From Octopus sinensis (taxonomy: Eukaryota), in assembly GCF_006345805.1 (NCBI RefSeq), contig NC_042997.1, positions 30,442,001 through 30,506,000 of the forward strand: DNA of 64,000 bases, given 5' to 3'. The notes beneath the pieces are model-generated. The model searched no databases, had not been told where the DNA came from, and worked only from the letters and a program-made list of their open reading frames with translations. Below are positions 11,591-25,868 of the stretch, piece after piece. Position 1 is the stretch's first letter; every line of letters begins with the position of its first letter. The position numbers and the translations under genes are program-made.

Positions 11591-12155
11591 TGTGTGTGTG
11601 TGTGTGTGTGTGTGTGCATATATGTATATATATACACACACACATACATATATATGTATACACACAAACATATACACTCTCACAAATTATATATATATTA
11701 CATAAATCATTATCTGTGAAGCACCCCAAGTAAGCATACACTATATGTACACGACGAGCCAAAAGAACCTTTACACACACACACTCATACACATACACAC
11801 ACTCGTCCATATCCTTTTTACACGTTTACAAGTAGGAGATATTACTACTCATAAATTCGTTTACATATTTCAAGTGTGTGTATGTATATTTGAGCGCGTA
11901 ATTATATGTATTAAGGCGGTGAAGTAGTAGGGTCGTTGGAGCGTAGGATAGTCTTGGAATGATGGATTGATGGAATTATTAGAGCGTCGAAAGGAAAGCC
12001 TCGCGGTAATCAGTTCCGAATCTTTGCGTTCTGATGGCACAGGTGCCAGTCTGTATCGACTTTTGGCAAACTGCAGAAGTTTAGGGTAGGGAAAACTTGG
12101 AGGCTTAGGCACCTTATGGTCTGCTATTAAGAAAAGGAATAAATAAACTTACATA

Positions 12156-12195
<40 letters not shown>

Positions 12196-12319
12196 TCAAT
12201 GGCTTACTTATTCGTGCTTTGGCATTAAGTATCTTGATACAAATCACGTAGCTCTTGAAGGGTCTACAGCAGCCATGTGTATGTGTGTGTTTATTAGAGA
12301 GGATAGATTGACAGATATT

Positions 12320-12358
<39 letters not shown>

Positions 12359-13481
12359 GGAAGAGAGAATTAGGAAGAGAGAGAGAGAGATTTACTGAGA
12401 CGTACACGAAGCTCATTTTGAAATATGTGAATGAATTTGTAAGCATCAGTATTTTCTGGCTGAACGTGTAAGCAAAATATACGAATGTATATTTGTGTGT
12501 TAGCAGTGTGCTTGAATGTGTTTGCATACACATGTCCGCTTGGTGTACTTGAAACATATACACATTGTGTGTGCGTATGAAAGCGAGAGAGAGAGAGACT
12601 ATGTATATACTTACGTCCTTATGTAGAAAGTGAGGGAATGTCTAGTACAAACGTATCAACTTGTTTACGTAATTAGACTTAATTAGATATACAACTTCAC
12701 CAGAGACGATATGTGCTCTGGCTAATGTTATTTTTACATTTCTAACACAATTTCTAAGTATTTCCCATAACAGTTTCTACACTATTTTTAAACAGAGACA
12801 TTATGTAAAATATTGTCATTTTCAAGTGTCGCAGCTGATTTAGTCGTGTTCTACTATCATCCCATGCATTACTAGTTCGAAACTGGTTTACAGTACTGTT
12901 TAGAAAAGAAACGGAAGATTGTATGTGGTCTTCCTGTAATGATCTATCTGATGATAAACTACGAATTTTAAAGACCTATTTGCGTTTTTGTTTTTAGGGT
13001 TTTTTGTTTGTTTGTTTGTTTTGGGTTTTTTTTTTTTGTAGACTGCACTTAATTCTATGTCTTAGGTCACCTAGCTGTCGGGATACGAGTTTTATCCCTC
13101 AGTCACTTTAAGCCAAGAGACAGGAAGTAAAACAGCGGTATGTATGTGTGTGTGTGTCCTTTAGGAATTAGGACACTCATTTTTCTGGTGCTATGCACAA
13201 TTCATATCTAAGACACTCGTTAATTCATTCGTCCGTTTCCTTCCCCTCTGTAATTAAAAGATGTATAAAATAGGCAGATTCGATTAAATTAAACCCAGTA
13301 CAATTACGGGTACTTAATTTATAACGAGAAAACTCGTACCTACAGTACTGGCTATCATCTCAACACACTGTATTTTTTACAGATATCACCACAGCCTGAG
13401 AAAAAGATTCGAATAGTGTCGTTAATCATATGTCAATTACACGAAACTGCAATGAAGTTCACATTTTGTTATCATTTCGTT

Positions 13482-13718
13482 TTACTCTTACTCTTTACTC
13501 TTTTACTCTCTTTTACTTGTTTCAGTCATTTGACTGCGGCCATGCTGGAGCACCGCCTTTAGTCGAGCAACTCGACCCTGGGACTTATTCTTTGTAAGCC
13601 CAGTACTTATTCTATCGGTCTCTTTTTGCCGAACCGCTAAGTGACGGAGACATAAACACACCAGCATCGGTTGTCAAGCAATGCTAGGGGGACAGACACA
13701 GACACACAAACATACAAG

Positions 13719-13758
<40 letters not shown>

Positions 13759-13925
13759 TACGACAGGCTTCTTTCAGTTTCTGTCTACCAAATCCACTCA
13801 CAAGGCATTGGTCGGCCCGAGGCTATAGTAGAAGACACTTGCCCAAGGTGCCACGCAGTGGGACTGAACCCGGAACCGTGTGGTTGGTAGGCAACCTACT
13901 TACCACACAGCCACTCCTGCGCCTA
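13482..13925 (-). mobile_element. SINE family C, near consensus
   Basis: Complete head, internal (TA)/(TG) microsatellite and (GTAAAAGA)n tail. Confidence 0.92.
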
Positions 13926-14061
13926 TTTTATTTATTATTTTCATATTTTTCCCCTTTGACGTGGAGCCCTCAAGTACTTGGTACCTCTTTAACACCTACC
14001 CAGCTTTGGGCTTCATAAATACTACAGGCTTTTTCTACTTACATAAATGAGTACGCTATCG

Positions 14062-14311
14062 GTAAAAAGGTAAAGTTACCTTTTCGAGTTATGCCGACCC
14101 ATAACAGCCGGTTTCTTGGTGTATATTATTCCCCGCCTGGATGGGATACTGGTCCGTCGCAGGATTACTCATTTTTGCCAGTTGAGTGGTTTGGAGCAAC
14201 GTGAAATTACTGTTTTGCTCAAGAAAACAACGCGTCACCCGGTCCAAGAATCGAAATCGTAATCTTATGACCACGAGTCCAACACCCTAACCACTAAGCC
14301 ACGCGCCTCCT
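14062..14311 (-). mobile_element. tRNA/CORE-like SINE (family B-like head and body, A3-like tail)
   Basis: Head GGAGGCGCGTGGCTTAGTGGTTAGG; CORE-like CTTGAGCAAAACAG...CACGTTGCTCCA; tail resembles 18447-18560. Confidence 0.8.
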
Positions 14312-14802
14312 CATGCCGTCGGGATACATCTAATTAAAATCTATGTAGATGCATGACTTGTTAGAAATAGCAGGCACATTTCCCTCGTATATCAGAGCTC
14401 ACAGTCTTAAAAAAAAAACATCGTTGGACGGTGTAGTGCTGGTTAAACAAAGATAGTGGGGGTCACGACTGGACCGCTTTCGATCACCACTGACATAGGA
14501 CTAAACAGCTTCTAAGATGAACAAGTTATCACTGATCTTTACTGCATAGTTTTTCTGCGCAATGTCAAACTCTAAAAGTTTCGACATATGTGACTTTATT
14601 CCCCACCGATGAAAGGTCGTTCAGCCTGCTAGAAATAGCAGGCAATTCTCTCTCATTTTACACTGGATGATGTAGTTCTAAAAATACAACAAAAAAAAAG
14701 GCAAGAGAGTCACATTTGAAATGTTCTTGGAAATATATCTATTTGAGCAGGGCTGACCTTACAACTATCAACATTCAAAAACTTAATAGAACTAATTCAC
14801 CA

Positions 14803-14855
<53 letters not shown>

Positions 14856-14862
14856 TGTGTGT

Positions 14863-14897
<35 letters not shown>

Positions 14898-15796
14898 CTT
14901 CCTAATTGTAAACATGGATATTAGTAGTTCCCAACTGAAAATTGTTGGCTATGTAACTAGGTATAAAGCTTAATCCAAGCATTCAATTTGTCAACCTCTG
15001 ATCCTCTTGGGATATCTGGCAAAGTCTAACGAAATTCCTTAAACAGCAAAGCTGTCACACTAGTCATATGAATGCACTCTGGAGACATGGTGATGAAAAG
15101 GAATTAAAATGGTAGCATAGCAAAGGAATATTTATTGGTTAGAGTGTGCTATATTCTGTTCAAGTTGAAGAAAGGGCGAGTATATTTTTTTATACTTCTG
15201 GCCTGACTAGAAATGATCTTGTAAAATTTTGTTTTTGCCAAATTTAGTCAAAATAACTTTGAGCCTCTTGAATTCCAACATCCCTTTTTCCAGTAGGTCA
15301 AAATAGTTTAATCTACCTTCGAACAAAACCAAAATTAGTAATGAGAGATCATCCAATCTGCAATATGTATCACGACACACTAGGAAAATATACTTTATCT
15401 ACAGAATTGTGAAGTGTAAAGTTGTCTGAGGTGTATATGCTAAACCTTTAATGAAAAAATGCATGTGATGCGCACAGCTCTACGAAGTAGCATTTCTTGA
15501 GCAATGCTGTGTCGATTAGTTCCTTTTTGTTTATTATTGTGGCTCAGTCGACGAAGAAAGGGCAACACTTGGCGTTTGCAGACCCTCCAAGAGTAGTAGA
15601 GGATTTAAGCCATGATATATGTAACCAGAAGTTGCATATTAATATTTGGACTTATGTTAATATGCTACTGGAGACTTCACCAGGACACTTGCAAATAAAC
15701 GAACTCCATAATCTCCCAACAGCCAGATACCGTTTAGTAACAAAAAGAAATTAAATAAGAAGAAAACCGTGTGTGTACATGTGCATATGTATACTG

Positions 15797-16182
15797 AGTG
15801 GAGGCGCAATGGCCCAATGGTTAGGGCAGCGGACTCGCGGTCGTAGGATCGCGGTTTCGATTCCCAGACCGGGCGTTGTGAGTGTTTATTGAGCGAAAAC
15901 ACCTAAAGCTCCACGAGGCTCCGGCAGGGGACGGTGGTGATCCCTGCTGTACTCTTTCACCACAACTTTCTCTCACTCTTACTTCCTGTTTCTGTTGTAC
16001 CTGTATTTCAAAGGGCCGGCCTTGTCACTATCTGTGTCACGCTGAATATCCCCGAGAACTACGTTAAGGGTACACGTGTCTGTGGAGTGCTCAGCCACTT
16101 TCACGTTAATTTCACGAGCAGGCTGTTCCGTTGATTCGGGTCAACCGGAACCCTCGTCGTCGTAACCGACGGAGTGCTTCCA
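15797..16182 (+). mobile_element. SINE family A (tail A1), full length
   Basis: 13-bp TSD CATATGTATACTG at 15784-15796 and 16183-16195; nearly identical to copies at 30270 and 41455. Confidence 0.95.
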
Positions 16183-16815
16183 CATATGTATACTGCTGCT
16201 GGTACTGTGAAGAACAAATACAGACAGTAGATCTCACTGAATATGTCTTGGGTTAAGGGACTAACATGGAATTAGCAGGAAATATAAACAGATTTGAGAA
16301 AAGAGCTTCTATACGACATTAATTATCAACATGTTAATGACGGTGTCCTTTAATACTATTATAATTCACATGGTAACCAACAGCATTTACTAATTAGCAA
16401 AATATTGGAACTTGAAGTAAATTTGTTTACATACTATCAAATTAACTTTAAAAAAACTTCGAGTATTTTTATTATTGGTAATAATAATCCCTACACTGGC
16501 AAAAGTCAACAAATTTAGGGAGAAGGTTATTGTCGATATAATCATCATTAGAACGTAGTTTCTGCATATTTTATCAACCCAAATCATAAAAATTCAAGTT
16601 GACCTTGGTGGAATTCGAATTCAGAACATTAAAAAAGTGTAACTATGATGGTGATGGTAGTTGCAATGCTACTCCATTACCGTCAGCGCCATGATGGTGA
16701 TGTAGAAGTAAAAGATTTCATTATTCAATAAGACAGCGACGGATCAGATGATATAAGCTCAAATTGCAAAACAACGGTAGGATTTTACAAGCAAACAAAT
16801 TCGAAAACAAGCACC

Positions 16816-16959
16816 TGCAGGAGTGGCTGTGTGGTAAGTAGCTTGCTTACCAACTACATGGTTCTGGGTTCTGTCTCACTGCTTCGGGCCGACCAAAGCC
16901 TTGTGAGTGGATTTGGTAGACGGAAACTGAAAGAAGCCTGTCGCATATATATGTGTGTG

Positions 16960-17011
<52 letters not shown>

Positions 17012-17234
17012 TGTGTATTTCTGTGTGTCTGTGTTTGTTCCCCAACATCGCTTGACAACCGATGCTGGTGTGTATACGTCCCCGTCACTAAGCGGTTCGC
17101 CAAAAGAGACCGATAAAATAAGTACTAGTCTTACAAAGAATAAGTCCTGGGGTCGATTTGCTCGACTAAAGGCGGTGCTCCAGCATGGCCGCAGTTAAAT
17201 GACTGAAACAAGTAAAAGAATAAAAGAGTAAAGA
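16816..17234 (+). mobile_element. SINE family C
   Basis: Consensus match with a short internal deletion. Confidence 0.9.
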
Positions 17235-17249
17235 GAGATATAGAAGGAA

Positions 17250-18350
17250 ATGGAACGAAGCGTTGTCACATGGAGACAACCGATTAGGGCTAATTTAGGA
17301 ACTTCACAGATTCCAGATTATGCCAAGTGCGAATGCTTTCCCCCAGTTGGGTTCTTCAGGCTACAGGCACAAGCTGAGAGTTGGTTCCTCATTTATTCCA
17401 TCTATACTATGGATGAAAGCGTTACATCTGCGAGCAGCTACTAAGATGCATTCAGAAGTTTCAAATGCACATCTGCGAGACATTGCATACTCATTTCATA
17501 TTTTCAGCTTCACCTGCCTCAGAATCTCTCCTTGTCCTAACCCTTTACCATTGTCGAACACAGAACTACCATACTGTGCACTTCAGATTGACTACTTTAA
17601 AAATAGTAGGAGCAGTCTTGCCACCTGTTGATAAATTATAGCAATTCCAGGTTAAGTCACTGCAATACCAATGAGCTTGGATGAAACAACTTTTTGCCAA
17701 AACTAAATGATTAGTCTTACCTGTTCCACCAGAAGTATCAGAATAAACTATATCTCCCAAGTTAGTGTTAACAATTGTCTGATGCTTATATAAGCTATTT
17801 CTATTATCAGGAATCAAGAGCAATCTTTTAATGGAAATATTTTTCCAGTTGATTTTTCAGTGCCATAACTGGTTTCCTAAAAAATATCACTCGACTGAGG
17901 GTTGCTATAGCACTTAGCGATAGAGCTGGTAGCTCCCTTAGATCAAGCCATGTCAAACGTGCATTGAGCAATATTTACAAAAAGGATAAATGTTTAGTTG
18001 TACATAGCAAAGGCAAACTTTAAGTGGAGGTGTTTTTCTCTTGTTAAGTTTGGCACACCGTTTCTACTAATATCTCTTCTAGTGATTATGCTAAAGTTGC
18101 CGAGAATCGGATGAGAAACAGGTGAAGAAAATGATAGCAAGGTGGTTCTTCATCTTGTTTAGAGAATTTGAGACTGTTGCCTCTTACAATATACTGTTTC
18201 CTTCCGGATCATCTACCAAACTCTGCGACGTTTTGCGGTATGTTGCATAGACATATCAAGCAGCTACTTCGGGGTATCACAAAATACATACACATCATTC
18301 TTTGGAACGGCATCGTTATAAAAATAACTCGTTTAAGAAATATCTCAGAC
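17250..18350 (-). pseudogene. Helitron RepHel PIF1-helicase remnant
   Basis: DTSGGTGKT (motif I, DxxGGTGKT) and LSTGGKTAPTIFK (motif Ia, GG.TAHS.FK) in ORF 17566-17823; heavily decayed; boundaries approximate. Confidence 0.7.
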
Positions 18351-18446
18351 AGTTAAAATGCAGTTTCAAATGCCATGGAAGTTTTAAAACGTATTTTATT
18401 TCATCAACGCTTCAAGTCTAAATTTGCTTATAGTTCTAAGATATTT

Positions 18447-18743
18447 TTTTATGTGCCCTTTTCAAGCCTAGCAAGGCTTATGGGACCGGTTTCCTGGTTT
18501 CTGTGGCGTATGTGTTCCCTCCAGCTGGACGAGACGCCGGTCCATTGCAGCGTTACTCAAGAAACAGGAAGAAAGAGTGAGAGAAAGAGTACAACCGGGG
18601 TTGCCACCATCCCCTGCCAGAGCCTCGTGGAGCTTAAGGTGTTTTTGCTCAATAAACACACACAACGCCCGGTCTGGGGATCGAAACCGCGCTCCTCCGA
18701 CCGCGAGACCGCTGTCCTAACCACTGGGCCATTGCGCCTCCAC
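18447..18743 (-). mobile_element. SINE family A (tail A3)
   Basis: Family A head; 12-bp TSD TCTAAGATATTT at 18435-18446 and 18744-18755. Confidence 0.9.
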
Positions 18744-18769
18744 TCTAAGATATTTCGATATTTTTAAAT

Positions 18770-19145
18770 ATGCGCTGGAGTATGGTAAGAAGTTTGTTTC
18801 CTTACAACATGGTTCTGGGTTCGCGCTACTGCGAGGCACGTTAGGCATGTGTCTTCTACTATATCTCCGAACAGACCAATGTCATGTGACTGGATTTGAT
18901 TGGCGGAAACTGAAAGAAGACCCTCATGTGTGTGTCTTTGGGTCTATGTTTGTCCCCACTACCACCGCTTGACAACCGGTGTTGGTGTATTTGCATCCCC
19001 ATAATTTAACGGTTCAGCAAATGAGACCAATGGCATAAGTTCCGTGCTTTAAAAAAATAAGTATTGGGGTCGATTCGTTCAACTAAAATCCTTTAAATTG
19101 GTGCCCCTGCATAACCACAGTCTAATGATCGAAACAGATAAAAGA
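18770..19145 (+). mobile_element. SINE family C (old)
   Basis: Diverged but colinear with the other copies. Confidence 0.75.
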
Positions 19146-19781
19146 TGTGGATTTTATGCACACGAGATCGAAACCATAAGTGTGTGTGTGATATAGTATA
19201 CTATATGTATATGTACATATATATTTATGTATGTATATTTATACGTTTGTATATACGTGTATGCATGTATATTTACTTATATGAATATATTTATATCTGC
19301 TCGTATGTGTGTGTGTAATGCATGCATACATAATGTAATTTAATATTCATTCAATATTCTTATCTCTTTTTATTGGATGCTTTTCTCTTTTTATTTTTTA
19401 CGCGTGAACAATTTAATGTTATGATGTGGACAATTTTTTTTTTCTCACGAACATTGAAAAAAATATATGAATAATTGCATACATATCTGCCATTGTTTTT
19501 GCTAGTGACTTTCTGATTATTATTATTGCTATTATTATTGTTATTATTATTATTATTGTTATTATAATTATTTTAACCAGCAGGAATTCTAATTTTCAGT
19601 GGGAAGTAATGTTATATATAGACTAATTTCATTCACAAAGCTATAAATTTACTGCTGTGTCCGCTTTCTCTCACGCACACACTTATAATAAAGTGTGTAT
19701 GAATGTATCTATGGTACGTATGTATGGATTGGTGAATGAATGTGTGTTCGCACGGTTGTATGTGTACTCAGACACAGTCAC

Positions 19782-19853
<72 letters not shown>

Positions 19854-21776
19854 GTAGGTAGGTAGGTAGGCAGGTAGGTAGGTAGGTAGATAGATAGATA
19901 GATTGTATGACTTTGAGTTAAAATTTCGTCCCCGACCACTTCTTTCTTGGTTCGATCCTCATTCGTGGCCGGCAATTTAGCAAATATGTTCTGATATATT
20001 TCTGAGTTATACCGTGAGACTGGATTTAGTAGACAAACTTACTCGAAATCGTGGTATAGATAGATAGATTTATTCCTTCACTCACAGTTTTGTGGATAGC
20101 CGAAGAACAGAATAGTGGTACATCTTTGAAGTGGAACAATTATCCCGAGACAGATGTATATGAAGATTCTTTTCTGCTTACGTAAGAGAGCAGCAAGATA
20201 TTTTTATATCATCTCATCTCCAAAGCTAAGGTTTTTAAAAACAAAAATAATTTTTTTGTACGTTACAAGTTTCAAGTAATCTAAACTATGTTTTCTATGT
20301 ACACACACATACTCGCATATATATGTGTGTATATCTTTTGGTGTCAGAATAGCTTTACAAATTGCCTCATAATGTATTTCGTTGACAATTTTACTTTATC
20401 AATGCTTACTATCTCTACTGAGCGTCTAGTCCGTTTCCTTTACATATATAAATATACTTACTCCATTATGATTAAGTTCTATTATAATTAGGACTACTAT
20501 TGTTACTTATTAGACTCACGGTGAGCTCTGAATGAGAAGATCTACGGTCATAATTATTCCAACCATGAACATCCCGTCTATATATTCGTTTTTGTTTGTT
20601 TGTTTTCTTTAAGTCAGAGTTTATTCTGCTCTTTGTGGCGTATAAACGACCGAGAGCCTGATCGGAAGGCCCACTTCGCCGCAGGCTTAATCCCAACTCT
20701 TGCTCGTACTCATTTTCAGCTGATTGGAATGAAATAACATGAAATGAATTGTTTGCTCAAGGACACAACACGCCACACGAACTTGGAAACGAAACTATGA
20801 CTATGATTGTGAGTCTTACTCTCTAATAGACCATGGTCTTGTACCCTTATAAGGTAGCAGTGTGTAATTTGTTGGCAAATCTGCAGCTATTTTTAGTCAG
20901 TCGAGCGATCAACAGAAGACTCCATTGTTGGAGGTTGTTGTTTAACTGCTGATCAATTCTGATCAAGCAGTTCTCTGATGAAAAGGCTTTCCAGATCTGA
21001 CCATTCCACTGAGTTGTCTTTCAGGCAGAATATCAATTTAGGACTAGTTATGCGCTGATCTCTTCATATTTTTAAGGGGGTAGAGTGCTATTTGATGTAG
21101 ATTTGGCTATTTTTTTAACCAGTTCGAGCAACCAAGAGGAGAATATATCTTTGTCGTTGACTTCCACGTTACTTTTTTTATTGTGTAATCTTATATAAGC
21201 CTTCACCAAACATATGAATGATCAAAACAGCTCCAGCCATTAACTTTTGATAAGCATGTAAATGACTACATCATCCAATGTATCATTTCTTTTCCTTTCC
21301 CAAATAACGTGTGATTTTATTGAATTTGGCTACTATTTCTAGCATGTCGCATGACCACGTAGAGGTTCTTTCGTCGGTTCATGATGGTTGTTGTCGCTGT
21401 TTGTGACGGTGGTGGTGGTGGTGATGCTACTTTTGTGATTATTTCTAGCTTTGTTGCGTCTGAATGTAATCGAAATGAATTACTGCGGGATGGCGTTTGA
21501 CAGAAGGACATGGCGATTTGACGCTATTCACAAAGGGAACAAAAAAAAACGACGTTACTTCCACTCAAACAAAAGTTGTGTGAAACGTGATATTAACTGC
21601 AGACGTGATGTTACATACAGACTAAGGATCAGATATTTTTGAATACATCAAAAACAGTGACTATGTACACAAACTGACCTACGAAGAACTGAAGAGCTTA
21701 AATAGCACTAAAGGCGCTGCTGTTACTACTACGACAAGGGTAATAAAATAAATAAGACTTGGGATATAAAACGTGT

Positions 21777-21826
<50 letters not shown>

Positions 21827-21934
21827 GATATGAAGAGAGCAATGTTTGGAGGTTATAGAGCGGTCAGTATGCCGAGCTCGTTATTATTTGATTAGGAATA
21901 CACGATTGTCAAAACATTATTTGCCACTTTAATG

Positions 21935-22290
21935 TGACGAGCTGACAGAATCGTGAGTACATCAGAGAAAATGCTCGCCTCTTTACATCCTGAGCTCAAA
22001 TTCCGTCGAGATCGACTTCGCCTTTCGTCGTTTGGCAGTTTAGCACTGGGTTCGAAATAATCGACTTACACATTTCCCCGAACTTACTGGTCTTCAACCA
22101 GAATTTATTATTGCTATTTTTGGCAGTATCAAGACGGTAGGTAAGCAGAGTCGTTGGAGAGCGTCGAACAAAATGTTTTTTTACAGTATTCAGTTACGGC
22201 ATTTTACCTCAGTTCAAACCACGGTGAGGTCAACTTTACTTTTCCTCCTTTCGAGGTTGATGAAATATAATACCAATTAAAAAGTGGATT
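21935..22290 (+). mobile_element. Two old SINE family D copies
   Basis: GAGCTGACAGAATCG...AAATTCCGTCGAGATCGAC and GCAGAGTCG...GAGGTCAACTTT. Confidence 0.65.
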
Positions 22291-22387
22291 CAGACCGATT
22301 GGACTTGGACGAAATTCTTTGCCTGTGGACAGAATAATTCAGTTTTAAATTTGGCTCAACACAACTAATTTGTAGAAAGGACATAAC

Positions 22388-22682
22388 ACTGTGTAACAGA
22401 ATTTCACGATTTTTGTCCTTGCGTAGCAACTGATATTTCTTATTTGTTTACCAATTAAAAGTATGAAAAATGGTTAATATTTCCTTCAAACTTTGCTTTT
22501 GCTACATTTATTCAAACCCCAAAGAATCCTTCTCAAGACGTGGCTATGATACCCCCGACTACTTTAAGCAAAATTTGAAGGGAATAGTAATCATTTCCTT
22601 TTTATTTCAAGATACAAGCAAATAGAAACTAATAGTTACTGACCAAAGACGAAAAAAAAAATTAAAATTTGTTTACACGGTG
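22388..22682. mobile_element. MITE-like element
   Basis: Imperfect terminal inverted repeats CACTGTGTAACAGAATTT and AAATTTGTTTACACGGTG; internal inverted segment TTCCTTCAAACTTTGCTT / AAGCAAAATTTGAAGGGAA. Confidence 0.6.
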
Positions 22683-23052
22683 TTATTGATTAAATCGCCT
22701 TCAGTACAGGAAGGAAACACGTGAGAGATTTGATATGTCGATCCCAGAGTGAAATATGAACCTAGAATATAAAGGGATATAACTAGACATCACAGAAAAT
22801 ATTAGTGCCACATTCGAGAGAGTTTAGTGTATTGATTTCTAGCATAAGAGAAAGGCTAAAAATATGGAGGTTGAGTACGTTACCTATTATCGACCCCAGA
22901 AGGATCAATAGCAAAGCGGACCCTCTTAGGATTTACACTCAGAACGTAAGTTGCCATTGAATATATTGCATGTGGTATTTATTTCCATTCAAAAAGTTCA
23001 GTTGATACACAGTCTTCGAGAGGCTCCATACTATTAAGTGAATATTTAATGC

Positions 23053-24312
23053 TACGAGGTGTGTTCATTAAAGATTTCCTGTGACCCACTTCTGGTTAGT
23101 TCAGGAAACAGAACTTGTACCTGTATAATCATTCATATTTCTATATGTAACATTGTAAATTGCAGCTTTCTACTAGTATTCGTTTGTCTTTGATGGCTGC
23201 TGAAGTGGACTAAGGTATCATAATCGAAGCAGTTGAATGGTGATCAGGTTCTTATACATGAAAGGTCGTACACCAAAAGAGACTTTCTAAGAGATGAAAA
23301 AAGTTTATGGTGACGATACGCCATCATACGACGTAGTCAAGCACTGGCATCGCCAGTTCAAATGTGGTCGGACATTAATGGAAACTGCTCTTATTCCTGG
23401 ACGACCACGTTCCGCTATTGATGACGACACCATCCATAAAGTGGAAGCCGCCATTTTGGAGGATCGCCGCATAACTATTCGGCAACAAGCCCAATAAGTG
23501 AAGATAAGATTTGCACATGCGGAAGTTGTCTGCACGATGGATTCCCCAGATACTCACACCTTTTTAGAAGCAGGAACGAGTCAATTGCTTCCAGGCTTTT
23601 TTGGCAATGTGCCAAGAAACGAGGAGGACTTTTTCGGTAGACTTATTACACAGGATGAAACATGGGTCCATCACTATAATCCTGAGACTAAAGTCCAGTC
23701 GAAGCAATGGAAGTATAACTCACCACCTCCAGAAAAGGTTCGTGTCCGACCATCAGCAGGCAAGGTGATGTTCACAGTTTTTGGGACCAGTGTGGAGTTA
23801 ATGATGATGGATTTTCAGGCAAAGAGTACCACTATTAACAGGGAATACTATGCTTCTTTGGGGCAGAAATTGCAGGACGCCATCAAAGTACTGAGGCGTA
23901 GCACGCTAACCAAAGGATTCCACCTCCTCCAAGACTACGCCTCAGTTCACAATGCGCATGTTACCCAAATGAAAACACACTCTAGCGGCTATGAAATCCT
24001 TCCTCATCCCCCTTACTCTTCCAGCCTCGCACCATCTGACTTCCACCTCTTTCCAACCATGAAGTTTATTTTTAAAGGGAAAGCACTTTGTGGATGATGA
24101 TGAACTTATTTCCGAGGTAAAGTCTTGGCTCTGGATGCAACCTACCGACTTCTACAGACGTGGTCTTCACAGCTGCATAAACCGATGGAAGAAGTGTCTC
24201 ACCATTGGTGGTGGCTATGTAGAGAAGGACTAATAATCATGCCAAGTTCTATTTATCCCAGTCCTTCCTTGAGAAGTGGGTCAGGAGAAATCTTTAATGA
24301 TTGCACTTTGTA
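23053..24312 (+). mobile_element. Full-length mariner DNA transposon (defective)
   Basis: TA TSD; imperfect TIRs CGAGGTGTGTTCATTAAAGATTTCCTGTGACCCACTTCT and AGAAGTGGGTCAGGAGAAATCTTTAATGATTGCACTTTG; length about 1.26 kb. Confidence 0.92.
23230..24235 (+). pseudogene. Mariner (DD34D-type) transposase pseudogene
   Basis: HTH segment KVYGDDTPSYDVVKHWHRQFKCG, plus ITQDETWVHHY, LLQDYA and HPPYSSSLAPSDFHLF; broken by stops and frameshifts. Confidence 0.92.
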
Positions 24313-24910
24313 TGAGCAAAACTCGAAATAAATCTTTTAAATACATTATGTTGCTTGTAAAACACATTTAGTCAAGAACACTTTCAATAATAGCACATGC
24401 TAACACGAGGAAAGTGTTGATTTGCTAAGTTTATAAATCTAAGTCATTCGCACACGCTTGCTGCATTTTCAGTGATATGAAACACTGTGTTTGTAAATAG
24501 AACCTTTAATGCTGCAACAAGCATGAATGAATGAATTATTTCGTTTAAGGAAATCCCATGTTAGTTTATCAACAAGATCTATAAGACGTGATATTTAAAT
24601 AGATTGGCGGCAGTTCGTGCTCAAATGTCAAGTTATCGTCTTACACAGTAAATTATTGTAACAAAAGTTGAGAGATAAATAATTATTCATCTAAGAACTG
24701 CTTGTATTTCCGGGCAAGTAGAGAAATGACAACAGATAAATATATTTCTTAATACTTATTCTAAATGATAGGTCTACTTATAGCATTCCATTACTATTGT
24801 GTGTCACAGTTGATAGCGCCAACAGAATGATGGGCAATCAAGGAAAGTGTCACGGTTTCGTTTCGTCATTGATACAACTCAACGTTCAAGGCTAAGGTAT
24901 ATTGAAATCA

Positions 24911-25139
24911 GCCGGCGAGTTGGCAGAAACGTTAGCACGCCGGGCGAAATGCTTAGCGGTATTTCGTCTGCGTTACGTTGTGAGTTCAAATTCCGCCGAG
25001 GTCGATTTTGCCTTTCATCCTTTCGGGGTCGATAAATTAAGTACCAGTTAGGCACTGGGGTCGATGTAATCGACTTAATATCTATGTCTGTCCTTGTTTG
25101 TCCCCTCTGTGTTTAGCCCCTTGTGGGTAATAAAGAAAT
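24911..25139 (+). mobile_element. SINE family D, full length
   Basis: 16-bp TSD AGGTATATTGAAATCA at 24895-24910 and 25140-25155. Confidence 0.95.
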
Positions 25140-25282
25140 AGGTATATTGAAATCACACAGAATCTATTCACTTGCAAATAAAATAGATAACATGTTCGTA
25201 GCACAGCCTTTCCTGTACTCTTCGAAGTAAACATCATATGAAGACTCGGAAATTCCGGCGAATCAAGTTCACAATTCAGGTT

Positions 25283-25868
25283 TACTCTTCTACTCTTTTA
25301 CTTGCTTCAGTCATTTGATTGCAGCCATGCTGGAGCACCGCCTTTAGTCGAGCAAATCCACCCCAGGACTTATTCTTTGTAAGCTTAATACTTATTGTAT
25401 CGGTCTCTTTTGCCGAACGGCTAAGTTACGCAGACGTAAACACACCAGCATCGGTTGTCAAGCGATGTTGCGGGGAGAAACACAGACACACAAACATATA
25501 CACACACGTACATATATATACATATACATATACATATACATATATACGACGGGATTCTTTCAGTTTCCGTCTACCAAATCCACTCACAAGGCTTCGGTCG
25601 GCCCGAGGCTATAGTAGAAGACACTTGCCCAAGATGCCACGCAGTGGGACTGAACCCGGAACCATGTGGTTGGTAAGCAAGCTACTTTATTTCATTAAAT
25701 TTGTCATGGAGAGAGTACACAGATTAGGTAGCTTTGCAGGCTGGACAAGACATTAATGAAATGAATGATAACGATACGAGAATGATAAGGATGGGAGAAG
25801 AAAGAAAGCGCCCGCCGACCCTCTGCTTCTCTTTGTAGGCAAGCTACTTACCACACAGTCACTCCTAC
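25283..25868 (-). mobile_element. SINE family C interrupted by a ~150-bp insertion
   Basis: Head split at 25687/25835; duplicated GTA(A/G)GCAAGCTACTT. Confidence 0.88.

Noticed and set aside
15800-15875. tRNA-like sequence (also at 191, 3281, 40601, 55213)
   Set aside because: These are SINE heads continuing into repeat bodies, several with TSDs; no proper acceptor stem.
14950-16400. Possible Helitron Rep N-terminal remnant on the plus strand
   Set aside because: Only vague motif resemblance, and opposite strand to the helicase remnant.
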